38,848 nucleotides of DNA from Planctomycetota bacterium (GTDB taxonomy: Bacteria > Planctomycetota > SZUA-567 > H5-PLA8), in the NCBI GenBank assembly GCA_038227875.1, contig JBBRPR010000076.1, forward strand, positions 1-38,848, read 5' to 3'. Positions 9,486 through 18,795 of this stretch are shown piece by piece. The notes below the pieces were generated by a model that saw only the letters and a program-made list of their open reading frames with translations, had not been told where the DNA came from and ran no database searches. The stretch's first letter is position 1. Each line of letters begins with the position of its first letter. Made by a program: the position numbers and the translations under genes.

Positions 9486-10583
9486 ATGCGTAAATTCGTG
9501 AAATTTTGGACCGTGCTGCTGCTGGCAATAGCGTGTGTGGGCAGCGCGCGAGGACAGGGGAAGCGGATGGTGATCATTGATCAAGACGCTTCCGGACCGG
9601 GTGGCACGGATTTGCAGTCGGTCCTGGTGCTGATCAATTCTCCCGACACTCAGGTGCTTGGCGTCACCGTGGTGATTGGCGACATGTGGCTAGATGAGGA
9701 AGTGGCGCACACGCTGCGCATGCTGGAGATCATCGGACGAACCGACATTCCGGTCGTGCCCGGAGCGGCGTTCCCGCTGTGGAACACCAAGGAGTACATC
9801 CAAACGTGGGAGAAAACCTACGGGAAGGTGTTGTACCAAGGTGCCTGGAATTATGCCCCGCACGGCAAAGTGCATGGACCGCACGAGATTCCGGAAATGC
9901 CGGAAGGGAAGCCGACCACCAAAGCCTCTACGGAAGATGCCGCCCATTTCCTGGTGCGCTTGGTGCATGAACATCCGCACGAGATTACGATTTATGCCGG
10001 CGGGCCGCTGACGAATTTAGCGCTGGCGATGGGAGTGGATCCAGAATTTCCGTCGTTGACCAAAGAACTGATCATCATGGGCGCAAGTATCGATCCGAAA
10101 ACCGATGATCCAGAGTTTTCGTTGACGCCGACCCGCGAGTTCAATTTCTGGATCGATCCGGAAGCCTCGAGCATGGTACTGCACGGGAAGTGGCCGCGGG
10201 TGGTGATCACCACGGTAGACATTTCGGTGAAGACGAACATGAGTAAGGAGTTGATTGAGCGGGTGAAAAAGAGTTCAGCGCCCGGGGCCCAGTACATCGG
10301 CAAGTATGCGGAGGAAGGGTACTTGTGGGATGAGTTGGCGGCGGTGGCTTGGCTTGACCCGAGCATCATCACAAAATCTCGGAAGCTGTACATGGATGTC
10401 GATACCAGTCACACGGCCGGATACGGAAATACCCTGGTGTGGCCGCAAGGTTCACAGCCGGGCATGGGTGAAGTTCAGGCAGAGATTCAAGACGATCTGG
10501 ATTTGGCAAAGTTCTACAAGGAGTATGTGGATTTGCTAATGCGGCCGACTTCGAGTGCGAAGAACGCGGCCGGCGTGAAGTAA
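9486..10583 (+). CDS. Nucleoside hydrolase NH1 (IU-NH family, DQD...TD variant), Sec signal peptide
   Basis: IIDQDASGPGGTD, GGPLTNLALA, REFNFWIDPEA, LWDEL; start ATG 9486 after GGGGG; signal MRKFVKFWTVLLLAIACVGSARG-Q. Confidence 0.92.
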   Translation: MRKFVKFWTVLLLAIACVGSARGQGKRMVIIDQDASGPGGTDLQSVLVLINSPDTQVLGVTVVIGDMWLDEEVAHTLRMLEIIGRTDIPVVPGAAFPLWNTKEYIQTWEKTYGKVLYQGAWNYAPHGKVHGPHEIPEMPEGKPTTKASTEDAAHFLVRLVHEHPHEITIYAGGPLTNLALAMGVDPEFPSLTKELIIMGASIDPKTDDPEFSLTPTREFNFWIDPEASSMVLHGKWPRVVITTVDISVKTNMSKELIERVKKSSAPGAQYIGKYAEEGYLWDELAAVAWLDPSIITKSRKLYMDVDTSHTAGYGNTLVWPQGSQPGMGEVQAEIQDDLDLAKFYKEYVDLLMRPTSSAKNAAGVK

Positions 10584-10589
10584 AGGTGC

Positions 10590-11594
10590 CTAAGCGCGAA
10601 AGGGCGCGGAAGATTCCCGGACACGGAGTTCGTTTTTCAGGACTTCATGCTTCGGCAGTTTGTGTTTGCCGGAAATCCGGCTGAGAAGAATTTCCGTGCT
10701 GCGGCGCCCGAGCTGATACTTTGGTTGTTCCACGCACGTCAGCTTGGGATGAAAAACATCATTCCAGAAAAAGTCGTCGTAACTGACCACGGAGATATCT
10801 TCCGGGCAGCGTAGCTTCCGTTCTTCGAGGGCGCGCAGGAAGCCGATGGTCATCATGCAGTTGGTCACGAAGACTGCTGAGGGTTTTTGGTCGAGAAGGC
10901 GCATGCCCTCGTCGTAGCCCGATTGAATGCCGTAGTCTCCATTCACAACCAGCGAGTCGGAAAGTTCGACTGCAGCTTCCTTGAGCGCCTCGGTATAGCC
11001 GCGCGTCCGGCCGTTGGTGGTACTGGTGCCAACGATTCCGGCAATCAGCCCTATGCGGCGGTGGCCGAGGCCCAGCAAATGTTCCGTGGCGGCAAACGCA
11101 CCGCCGTAGTCGTCTGCCACGACAGTGTCGGCGCGCAGAATCGAGTATTCGCGGTCCATCAGGACGACCGGGGTCCTGGCTTTTTTCAGGTTTTCCAGTA
11201 GCACCGGATTGAGTTCGCCGGCGCCTTTGACCAGAAGGATCCCGTCTACCCGTTTGGAGAGGAAGAGATTGAGGTAGAGATCTTCCTTGGCGACCTGATT
11301 GTCGGAGTTGCCCAAAATGACCGTGTAGCCGGCTTCGTTAGCCTCATCTTCAGCGCCTCGCACGATCTGCGGGAAGAACGGGTTGGAGACGTCTGGAATG
11401 ACGATGCCGATCGTATGGGTTTTGCGCCGCGCCAGACTACGCGCGAGAAGGTTGGGCGAATAGTTAAGCGCGGAAATCGAGTGTTCCACTTGCTTTCGGA
11501 GTTGGGGGCTGACGTACGAGGTCTTATTGATCACGGCGGAGACCGTAGCGACGGACACTTTGGCGCGCTTGGCAACGTCGTAGATGTTCGGCAA
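10590..11594 (-). CDS. LacI-family transcriptional regulator (RbsR/PurR-like)
   Basis: NIYDVAKRAKVSVATVSAVIN helix-turn-helix, YSPNLLARSL hinge helix, and a sugar-binding domain ending LRVRESS; TTG start with GGAG upstream. Confidence 0.96.
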   Translation of the reverse strand: MPNIYDVAKRAKVSVATVSAVINKTSYVSPQLRKQVEHSISALNYSPNLLARSLARRKTHTIGIVIPDVSNPFFPQIVRGAEDEANEAGYTVILGNSDNQVAKEDLYLNLFLSKRVDGILLVKGAGELNPVLLENLKKARTPVVLMDREYSILRADTVVADDYGGAFAATEHLLGLGHRRIGLIAGIVGTSTTNGRTRGYTEALKEAAVELSDSLVVNGDYGIQSGYDEGMRLLDQKPSAVFVTNCMMTIGFLRALEERKLRCPEDISVVSYDDFFWNDVFHPKLTCVEQPKYQLGRRSTEILLSRISGKHKLPKHEVLKNELRVRESSAPFRA

Positions 11595-11724
11595 GGGAGA
11601 GTTCTCCGGGCTTGGTGCTTATTATCATACAAAGGCGCTCGACGGGAACTGGGATAAATGTGTGAAATCCGTTCAAAAAGTGGATTTCCCCGGGAAGGCT
11701 GAGCGGGGACAAAAGAATTCATTC

Positions 11725-11786
11725 TTGACAACGGAGCATTGACTGATAGACTCGCGGCCAGCTAAGCGCCTAGCTAAGCACTTAGT
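11725..11786 (+). promoter_or_regulatory. Sigma70 promoter with two tandem LacI-type operators (copy 1)
   Basis: TTGACA 11725-30, 16 bp, TAGACT 11747-52; then AGCTAAGCGCCTAGCT (11760-75) and CTAAGCACTTAG (11774-85). The cassette recurs at 20958. Confidence 0.88.
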
Positions 11787-11927
11787 TCGTGTGTTTTGAT
11801 CGATCCGGTGCCAAGAATAGAGATCGGTGGGCGTCCCGAGGGTTTCTGAGATTCGATCGAGCTCGAAATACACGGTGGCGAATCGCGTGCTTTTGTTTAG
11901 CGCTGTTGAATTCGGCTGGGAGGCAGG

Positions 11928-13016
11928 ATGCGATTCGCGACGCTGCGAACGATTGTAACGATTCTCGCATTATGGGCAGGGGCCGGCGGCGCCGCGCAGG
12001 CGCAAAAAGCCAAAATCATCATTGACCAAGACGCGCGCGGGCCGGCATCCACCGACATCAATGCGATTTTGATGTTTGCGCAGTCCCCGCAGGTGGACGT
12101 GCTGGGCGTTACGATTGTGGCTGGCGACCAATGGGTGAAGGAAGAAACGGCGCATACATTGCGGGCGCTAGAGATCGCCGGGCGCTCGGACATCCCCGTA
12201 TTGATGGGCGCGCAGACCCCGTTAGTAAACACACGCGAGGAGTCTGAATTCTGGGAAGCTCAATACGGGCAGTTTGCGTTCAAGGGCGCCTGGACGGACA
12301 AGCTGTACCACTCGCCGGATTTGATCCCGACGATGCCCGAAGGCGAGCCGAAGACCAAGGCGTCGGACGAGAACGCAGTGGCCTTCATCATTCGCATGGT
12401 GCACAAGTACCCAGGCGAAGTGGTGTTGTGGGCCGGCGGACCGCTGACAAATATCGCGCTGGCGATTCGAATGGATCCCGAAGTTGTGAAGCTGTCGAAA
12501 GAATTGGTGGTGATGGGCAGCGGATTCAATGTCGGCGTGGGCGGCATACATCGCGTGAACGGGCGGCGCGAGTTCAACTGGTGGTTCGATCCCGAAGCGG
12601 TGCGGATTGTGATGAGCGCCCCGTGGAAGAAGATCGTAATAACGCCAGTGGACATTTCGGTGAAGACGCAGTTGACCGAGCAATTGACCGCGCGTGTGGC
12701 GGCGGTAGACACGCCTCTGACGGAATATCTAAAAAAGTACTCCCGGCCGAGCTACATGTGGGATGAGATTTCGGTGGCGGCGTTTTTGGATCCGAGCATT
12801 ATCACCAAGCAGGAAGAGCTGTACGTCAATATTGACGTTGATCACGGGCCCAGCTACGGGCAGACCATTTTCGTCGGCAAGGACACGAAAGTACCGTCGT
12901 GGTGGAAACTGGCGGCGGTACAGTTCGACTTGAACACCGAAAAGTTTTATGACTTATACGTGAAGCTGGTGACCGCGCCCCAGGGAAGTGGTAAGGCCGA
13001 TGCCAGGGCGAATTGA
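11928..13016 (+). CDS. Nucleoside hydrolase NH2 (IU-NH family, DQD...TD variant), Sec signal peptide
   Basis: IIDQDARGPASTD, GGPLTNIALA, RREFNWWFDPEA, MWDEI; SD GGAGG; signal ending AQA-Q. Confidence 0.93.
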   Translation: MRFATLRTIVTILALWAGAGGAAQAQKAKIIIDQDARGPASTDINAILMFAQSPQVDVLGVTIVAGDQWVKEETAHTLRALEIAGRSDIPVLMGAQTPLVNTREESEFWEAQYGQFAFKGAWTDKLYHSPDLIPTMPEGEPKTKASDENAVAFIIRMVHKYPGEVVLWAGGPLTNIALAIRMDPEVVKLSKELVVMGSGFNVGVGGIHRVNGRREFNWWFDPEAVRIVMSAPWKKIVITPVDISVKTQLTEQLTARVAAVDTPLTEYLKKYSRPSYMWDEISVAAFLDPSIITKQEELYVNIDVDHGPSYGQTIFVGKDTKVPSWWKLAAVQFDLNTEKFYDLYVKLVTAPQGSGKADARAN

Positions 13017-13040
13017 TTCGCGAGATTGATTGGACAAACA

Positions 13041-14111
13041 ATGAGTTCGAATTTCGGACAAGCCGAGGGCGGTCGGCCGACCTCAGAACGGTACGGTGGC
13101 GTTACCCCCATTTCATCAGGAGCGTTAGCTGCGACCGGTAGGGTCGCTGCACCCAGTGGTGAACTGCGGCCGAATCAGGGGATACCGCTGCACACGGAGT
13201 GGGTGGAGTCGGTTCGCGTTAACACCAGCGCAGTCGAACGCCGTGCGGCGACTCTTGCAACGCGGCGGGCGGTGAAAAAAGATTGGCAGATCGCGTGGTT
13301 ATTGCGCGCGATTTCGTGCATGGATTTGACCACGCTTGCGGGCGACGACACCGACGAGCGCGTGAAGCGTTTGTGCGCGAAGGCCAAGCAGCCGCTGCAA
13401 AGCGAGTTGGTGGAGAAGTTGGGAATCGCAGGGCTAGAGCTGAAGGTCGCGGCGGTCTGCGTGTATCACACTTTTGTGGAGATCGCGCGCAAGGCGCTGG
13501 AAGGTAGCGGCGTGAAGGTGGCAGCAGTGTCCACGGGATTTCCGGCGGGACTTTCTCCGTTCGAGCAGCGTGTCGAAGAGATTCGGCGATCGGTAGACGC
13601 CGGCGCGAACGAAATTGATGTGGTGATTACGCGGGCGCATGTGTTTGGTGCGAAATGGGAACAGTTGTACAACGAAGTGGCGGTGTTCAAGAACGCTTGC
13701 GGCGCGGCGCACTTGAAAGTCATCTTGGGCACCGGCGACCTGACCACGCTGCGGAACACGGCGAAGGCGAGCTTAGTGGCCATGATGGCGGGCGCAGATT
13801 TTATCAAGACGAGCACCGGAAAAGAGACCGTGAACGCCACTCTGCCGGTGGGACTCGTAATGATACGAATGATTCGCGGGTACGAGCAGAGAACGGGATT
13901 TACGGTGGGATTCAAGCCGGCGGGCGGAATTCGAACGGCCAAGCAATCGCTGGAATGGCTGATGCTGCTGAAAGAAGAGTTGGGGCCGCGGTGGCTGAAT
14001 GCGGACATGTTCCGGTTTGGCGCGAGCGGAATGCTGGCGGACATCGAGCGGCAATTGCAGTTTCATGTAACAGGACGGTATTCAGCGGAGTACCGGCACC
14101 CGATTGCGTAG
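13041..14111 (+). CDS. deoC: Deoxyribose-phosphate aldolase
   Basis: MDLTTLAGDDT, VAAVSTGFP, GANEIDVVI, GADFIKTSTGK (Schiff-base Lys), GFKPAGGIR and FRFGASG. Start 13041 or 13026. Confidence 0.96.
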   Translation: MSSNFGQAEGGRPTSERYGGVTPISSGALAATGRVAAPSGELRPNQGIPLHTEWVESVRVNTSAVERRAATLATRRAVKKDWQIAWLLRAISCMDLTTLAGDDTDERVKRLCAKAKQPLQSELVEKLGIAGLELKVAAVCVYHTFVEIARKALEGSGVKVAAVSTGFPAGLSPFEQRVEEIRRSVDAGANEIDVVITRAHVFGAKWEQLYNEVAVFKNACGAAHLKVILGTGDLTTLRNTAKASLVAMMAGADFIKTSTGKETVNATLPVGLVMIRMIRGYEQRTGFTVGFKPAGGIRTAKQSLEWLMLLKEELGPRWLNADMFRFGASGMLADIERQLQFHVTGRYSAEYRHPIA

Positions 14112-14139
14112 CTAGTTTGGGGTTGCACGAGCGAGGCAG

Positions 14140-16518
14140 ATGAGCGTTGTCGAAAAATTCGTGACCATGGAGTACGGCGCGGCGCCGGAAGACCCGCGCG
14201 AGACGCTGGCGTGGCTCGATGCGCATGGCCGTGCGTTTGGGCATTTCATCGGCGGGAAGTGGCGCGCGAGTTCGAATGCCGCGACGTTCGAAACGGTAGA
14301 CCCCGCAACGGGAAAAACGCTGGGGATGGTCGCGCAGGGTTCGGGGGAGGACGTGAATACGGCAGTCAAGGCGGCGCGCGTGGCGCTTCCGAAATGGCAA
14401 GCGTTGACGCCAAATGCCCGCAGCCGTTATTTGTACGCGATCGCGCGACACATTCAGAAGCATTCGCGGCGGCTGGCGGTTCTGGAAACGATGGACAACG
14501 GCAAGCCGATCCGCGAGAGCCGCGATTTGGACATTCCCCTCGTGGCGCGGCATTTCTATTACCACGCGGGCTGGGCGCAGGTGCTGGATGAAGAATTCCC
14601 GGGCTATGCGGCGTGTGGCGTGGTTGGACAGATCATCCCGTGGAACTTTCCCTTGCTGATGCTGGCCTGGAAAATCGCACCGGCGCTGGCGGCGGGAAAT
14701 ACAGTGGTACTGAAGCCGGCGGAATATACGCCCCTTACGGCGCTGGCGTTCGCGGAGATTTGCGGCGAGATTGGGTTGCCAGCGGGCGTCGTAAACATTG
14801 TGACGGGGGACGGCGCGACAGGCGAAGCGCTGGTAAAGAATCCCATGGTGGACAAGATTGCGTTCACCGGATCGACGGAAGTTGGGCGCGTAATTCGCAA
14901 GGCCACGGCAGCGAGTCACAAGAAAATATCACTCGAATTGGGCGGGAAGTCCCCTTTTTTAGTATTTGATGACGCGGACCTCGACAGCGCCGTGGAAGGC
15001 CTCGTGGACGGTATCTGGTTGAATCAGGGCCAGGTGTGTTGCGCAGGTTCGCGGCTGCTGATGCAGGAAGGGATTGCCGATGCGCTTATTACAAAGATTC
15101 GCGAACGGATGAGCAATTTGCGGGTGGGCGCGCCGCTCGACAAGGGAATCGACGTTGGAGCGATTGTGGCAGGAGTGCAACTGGAGCGCATCAAGCGCCT
15201 GGTGGCGCGGGGAGTGGAAGAAGGCGCGGAACTGTGGCAGCCGAAGTGCGAGATTCCGGAGAAGGGATTGTTTTTTCCTCCCACACTACTGACCAACGTA
15301 CATCCGTCTTCCACGGTGGCGCAGCAGGAGATTTTTGGGCCGGTGCTCGCCGCGATGACCTTCCGCACGCATCGCGAAGCGATTGAATTGGCCAACAACA
15401 CAACGTATGGACTTGCCGCGAGCGTGTGGAGCGAGAGTATCAACGTGGCCCTGGAAGTCGCCGCCCAGATCAAAGCCGGTGTGGTGTGGGTGAATAGCAC
15501 GAATCTTTTCGACGCGGCGTGCGGATTCGGTGGCTATCGCGAGAGCGGATTCGGTCGAGAGGGTGGCCGCGAAGGAATGCTGGAGTATCTGGAACCGGTC
15601 TGGTTCCAGAAGGCAAAGGCCTTGGAGGCGAAGAAGGGACGCAGCGATAGCAAAGCGGAGATGAATGTCGCGGGCGATGGAATCGACCGCACCGTGAAGC
15701 TGTACATCGCGGGAAAGCAGGCGCGGCCGGATTCCGGTTATAGCTTTGCGGTGCAGGGGAGCGACGGCAAGCTGCTGGGTGAAGCGCCGCTGGGAAATCG
15801 GAAGGATATTCGCAACGCGGTGGAAGCAGCCCGGAAAGCGTCGAGCTGGGGTAAGGCGACGGCACACAATCGAGCACAGGTGCTTTACTACATGGCCGAA
15901 AACCTGGCACAGCGCGAGAACGAGATCGCCGCGCGACTCGAGCGAGTGGTTGGCAAGCGCGAAGCGAAGCGAGAAGTGACTGCGAGCATCGATCGAATGT
16001 TCTCGTATGCGGGGTGGGCGGATAAGTTCGACGGCGCGGTGCATAACCCCCCGATGCGCAGCATCTCGATTGCGATGAATGAATCGATCGGAACGGTCGG
16101 GGTGATTTGCCCAGAAGAATTTCCGTTGCTGGGGCTCGTTTCCACCGTGTTCCCGGTAATCGCCATGGGAAACACGGCGGTGGCCATACCCTCGGAACGG
16201 TATCCATTGATCATGGGAGATTTGTATCAGCTGTTCGAAACCAGCGACTTGCCAGGCGGAACGGTGAATTTTGTAAGCGGGCGCGCGGAAGAGTTGGCCA
16301 AGACACTGGCCGAACACGATGACATCGATGCGGTGTGGTGCTTTGGGAATGCCAGCGATGCAGAGAACGTGAAGAACTGGTCGGCTGGAAATCTGAAGCA
16401 AGTATTTACCAACGAAGGGCGCCAGATTGACTGGTACAACGCCAAGCAGGGTGAGGGGCGTTGGTTCCTGGAACACGCAACGCAGGTAAAGAATATTTGG
16501 GTGCCATACGGAGAATAG
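14140..16518 (+). CDS. Aldehyde dehydrogenase, ALDH16-type (full ALDH plus second NAD-binding-like domain)
   Basis: IIPWNFP, FTGSTEVG, LELGGKS (Glu), QGQVCCAG (Cys), EIFGPV and FGGYRESG, followed by about 290 aa repeating the N-terminal domain without a catalytic domain. Confidence 0.95.
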   Translation: MSVVEKFVTMEYGAAPEDPRETLAWLDAHGRAFGHFIGGKWRASSNAATFETVDPATGKTLGMVAQGSGEDVNTAVKAARVALPKWQALTPNARSRYLYAIARHIQKHSRRLAVLETMDNGKPIRESRDLDIPLVARHFYYHAGWAQVLDEEFPGYAACGVVGQIIPWNFPLLMLAWKIAPALAAGNTVVLKPAEYTPLTALAFAEICGEIGLPAGVVNIVTGDGATGEALVKNPMVDKIAFTGSTEVGRVIRKATAASHKKISLELGGKSPFLVFDDADLDSAVEGLVDGIWLNQGQVCCAGSRLLMQEGIADALITKIRERMSNLRVGAPLDKGIDVGAIVAGVQLERIKRLVARGVEEGAELWQPKCEIPEKGLFFPPTLLTNVHPSSTVAQQEIFGPVLAAMTFRTHREAIELANNTTYGLAASVWSESINVALEVAAQIKAGVVWVNSTNLFDAACGFGGYRESGFGREGGREGMLEYLEPVWFQKAKALEAKKGRSDSKAEMNVAGDGIDRTVKLYIAGKQARPDSGYSFAVQGSDGKLLGEAPLGNRKDIRNAVEAARKASSWGKATAHNRAQVLYYMAENLAQRENEIAARLERVVGKREAKREVTASIDRMFSYAGWADKFDGAVHNPPMRSISIAMNESIGTVGVICPEEFPLLGLVSTVFPVIAMGNTAVAIPSERYPLIMGDLYQLFETSDLPGGTVNFVSGRAEELAKTLAEHDDIDAVWCFGNASDAENVKNWSAGNLKQVFTNEGRQIDWYNAKQGEGRWFLEHATQVKNIWVPYGE

Positions 16519-16550
16519 CAGGTCGTGTGGGCCGTGATGAATCGACGAAA

Positions 16551-16606
16551 TTTCAGGTTTGGGTCAGGTTTCAGGTCGGGTTTCGAGTCAAGTTTTCAGG
16601 TCAAGG
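16551..16606 (+). repeat. Degenerate ~12-bp tandem repeat (TTTCAGGTCAGG-like, 4-5 units)
   Basis: tttcagg/tttgggtcagg/tttcaggtcggg/tttcgagtcaag/ttttcaggtcaagg immediately before the SD of NH3. Confidence 0.6.
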
Positions 16607-16614
16607 AGATGGGC

Positions 16615-17658
16615 TTGAGCAAAATGGGACGATGGTTGGCGGTTGCGGCATCGATGGTTGCGCTGCTGGGTGCTGCGGCAGCGAACGCGCAGAAAGAACC
16701 CATCAAGGTGATTTTCGATACCGACTTTGCGGTACCGCCGCAGGACGACGGTATGGCGCTGATCCTGGCGCTGCACTCACCGGAGCTGAAGATTCTCGGA
16801 ATTACCACGGTCGCGGGCAACGAGACGGTGCAGCGAGCCACGTCGGATGCGCTGCGCGTGCTGGAGATCGCCAACCGGACAGAAATTCCGGTATATCGTG
16901 GTTTCAATCGGCCGTTTGTTCACGAAAAGTCGGACTATGCCACCCACGTTCACGGAAAGTGGTGGTCGGATGAAGCGCCGGCGCCGCCTCCGGGCGGATT
17001 CGCCAAGAAACAAGCGGAGAAAGAAAGTGCGCTGGATTTCATCATCAAGACGGTGAACGAAAACCCAGGCCAGATCACCATCATCGCCATAGGCCCGCTG
17101 ACCAACATCGCGGCGGCCATTCAACAGGAACCAGGCTTCACAAAAAAAGTGAAGCAGATAGTGATCATGGGTGGGGCGATCGCCTATCTGGAAGGCGGGG
17201 GCGGCAACGTCACCCCCAACGCGGAATTTAATTTCTGGGTGGACCCGGAAGCGGCACAGGTGGTCATCCGCTCGGGCATTCCGCAGGTTCTCACACCGCT
17301 GAATGTGACCCGCAAGACGGCCTTCACCAAAAACTACTATGAGCAGATCGTGGCGGCGAACACGCCGTTGACGAACATGATGAAGGAACGCATGGGACCG
17401 TACTTCGAAAAGCACCCGGACGCGAAACCAGAGATGTACGACCAATTGACCGTCGCGGCGTTGGTGGACCCTACGCTGGTCAAGACGCAGGACTTGTTTG
17501 TGGACATCGATATCACCCACGGTGTGGATTATGGCACGTCGCTGGGCTTTCCCAGGATTTGGGAATTCGGAGAGGGCGCGCGCAAAGTCGGTATTCAATA
17601 CGATGTGGACTTCGATCGCTTCATCAAAATGTTTGTCGAGCGCGTGACCAAGCCTTAG
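16615..17658 (+). CDS. Nucleoside hydrolase NH3 (IU-NH family, DTDFAVPPQDD variant), Sec signal peptide
   Basis: VIFDTDFAVPPQDD, TTVAGN, IGPLTNIA, GNVTPNAEFNFWVDPEAA, MYDQL; TTG 16615 lies 6 nt after AAGGAG (ATG 16609/16624 are alternatives). Confidence 0.92.
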   Translation: MSKMGRWLAVAASMVALLGAAAANAQKEPIKVIFDTDFAVPPQDDGMALILALHSPELKILGITTVAGNETVQRATSDALRVLEIANRTEIPVYRGFNRPFVHEKSDYATHVHGKWWSDEAPAPPPGGFAKKQAEKESALDFIIKTVNENPGQITIIAIGPLTNIAAAIQQEPGFTKKVKQIVIMGGAIAYLEGGGGNVTPNAEFNFWVDPEAAQVVIRSGIPQVLTPLNVTRKTAFTKNYYEQIVAANTPLTNMMKERMGPYFEKHPDAKPEMYDQLTVAALVDPTLVKTQDLFVDIDITHGVDYGTSLGFPRIWEFGEGARKVGIQYDVDFDRFIKMFVERVTKP

Positions 17659-17737
17659 AGATCGCGTGGTCGAACAGAAGTGGCCCAGGTAAGCAAAGCA
17701 GGTCTGAAGTGCATGGTACCGGGGGAGGCAGACCGAG

Positions 17738-18709
17738 ATGTATTCACCAGCAGATTTCATGACGGCCCTGATCATGACAGCGTTCAGCGCCGTGTTTTGG
17801 GGATCATGGGCCAACACGTATAAGGGTGCGAAAAAATATCCCTTCGAGCTTTTCTACCTGGATTACATCGTTGGCGTGGTGTTGTGCACGCTGGTGTTTG
17901 CCTTCACTTTGGGCAGCCATGGTTCGTCGGGAGAGCCCTTCCTGGCCAATGTTAGCGCTGCGAACGGTATGAACATCGTTTGGGCCATGGTCGGCGGTTT
18001 CATTTTCAATATCGCGAACCTGTTGTTGGTTGCGGGTATCGCTATCGCGGGACTGGCGATTGCGTTTCCGATTGCAATCGGCATCGCGGTGGTTGAAGGA
18101 GTGGTGCTGAGTTACGCATTGCAGCCGAAGGGAAATGCGACCTACCTGGCGATTGGCGTCGCCTTAGCGACGCTCGCGATTATTTTCGATGCTTTGGCTT
18201 ACAAGCGTCTTTCGGGCGGCCTGATGGTCACCAAGAAGGGCATTGTGGTCAATGTGGTCTCCGGTTTGTTGATGGGCGCCTTCGCACCGTTTGTGACTAA
18301 GTCGCTGACGACGGCACATGCGTTGACACCTTACAGCGTGGCTGTGTTTTTCGCTTTAGGTGCGTTCGTATGCTGCTTCTTCATCAATCCCTACCTCATG
18401 AAACATCCGTTGCTGGGCGAACCCGTGTCCTTCTCCGGATTTTTCCAGACGTCCGGCATGAATCACGCCCTCGGCGTATTGGGCGGAATCATTTGGGGCC
18501 TCGGTGGCTGCTTTAACTTTGTGGCCGCGGGATTCGTAGGGGTGGCAATTTCGTATGCAATTGGGCAGTCGTCGCCGATGATCGCGGCAGCGTGGGGCGT
18601 GCTCGTGTGGAAAGAGTTTCGCGGCGCGGACAGCAAGGCCTGGATGTATCTGGGTTTGATGTTCCTATCGTACCTTGCCGCGGTGGTTGCAATCGCCAAG
18701 GCGTATTAA
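17738..18709 (+). CDS. DMT-superfamily permease (GRP sugar transporter / ureide permease-like)
   Basis: About 10 hydrophobic helices; FWGSWANT, FELFYLDY, GGFIFNIANLLL and SYAIGQSSPMIAAAWGVLVWKEF. Confidence 0.88.
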   Translation: MYSPADFMTALIMTAFSAVFWGSWANTYKGAKKYPFELFYLDYIVGVVLCTLVFAFTLGSHGSSGEPFLANVSAANGMNIVWAMVGGFIFNIANLLLVAGIAIAGLAIAFPIAIGIAVVEGVVLSYALQPKGNATYLAIGVALATLAIIFDALAYKRLSGGLMVTKKGIVVNVVSGLLMGAFAPFVTKSLTTAHALTPYSVAVFFALGAFVCCFFINPYLMKHPLLGEPVSFSGFFQTSGMNHALGVLGGIIWGLGGCFNFVAAGFVGVAISYAIGQSSPMIAAAWGVLVWKEFRGADSKAWMYLGLMFLSYLAAVVAIAKAY

Positions 18710-18795
18710 GCGGAGTAACGCTTCCGGCAATTTGTTCAAAGTTTCGGTCGATGCTGCAGAAGTGCTGAGAAGTACGGTGTGAAGGGAGAAGTGCC

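Noticed and set aside
10590..10601. CTAAGCGCGAAA as a further LacI operator
   Set aside because: Only a half-site match, overlapping the lacI stop codon with no promoter nearby.
13912..17817. Long minus-strand ORFs (335, 396, 245 and 346 aa)
   Set aside because: Antisense shadows of deoC, ALDH and NH3 in GC-rich coding DNA; no recognisable motifs.
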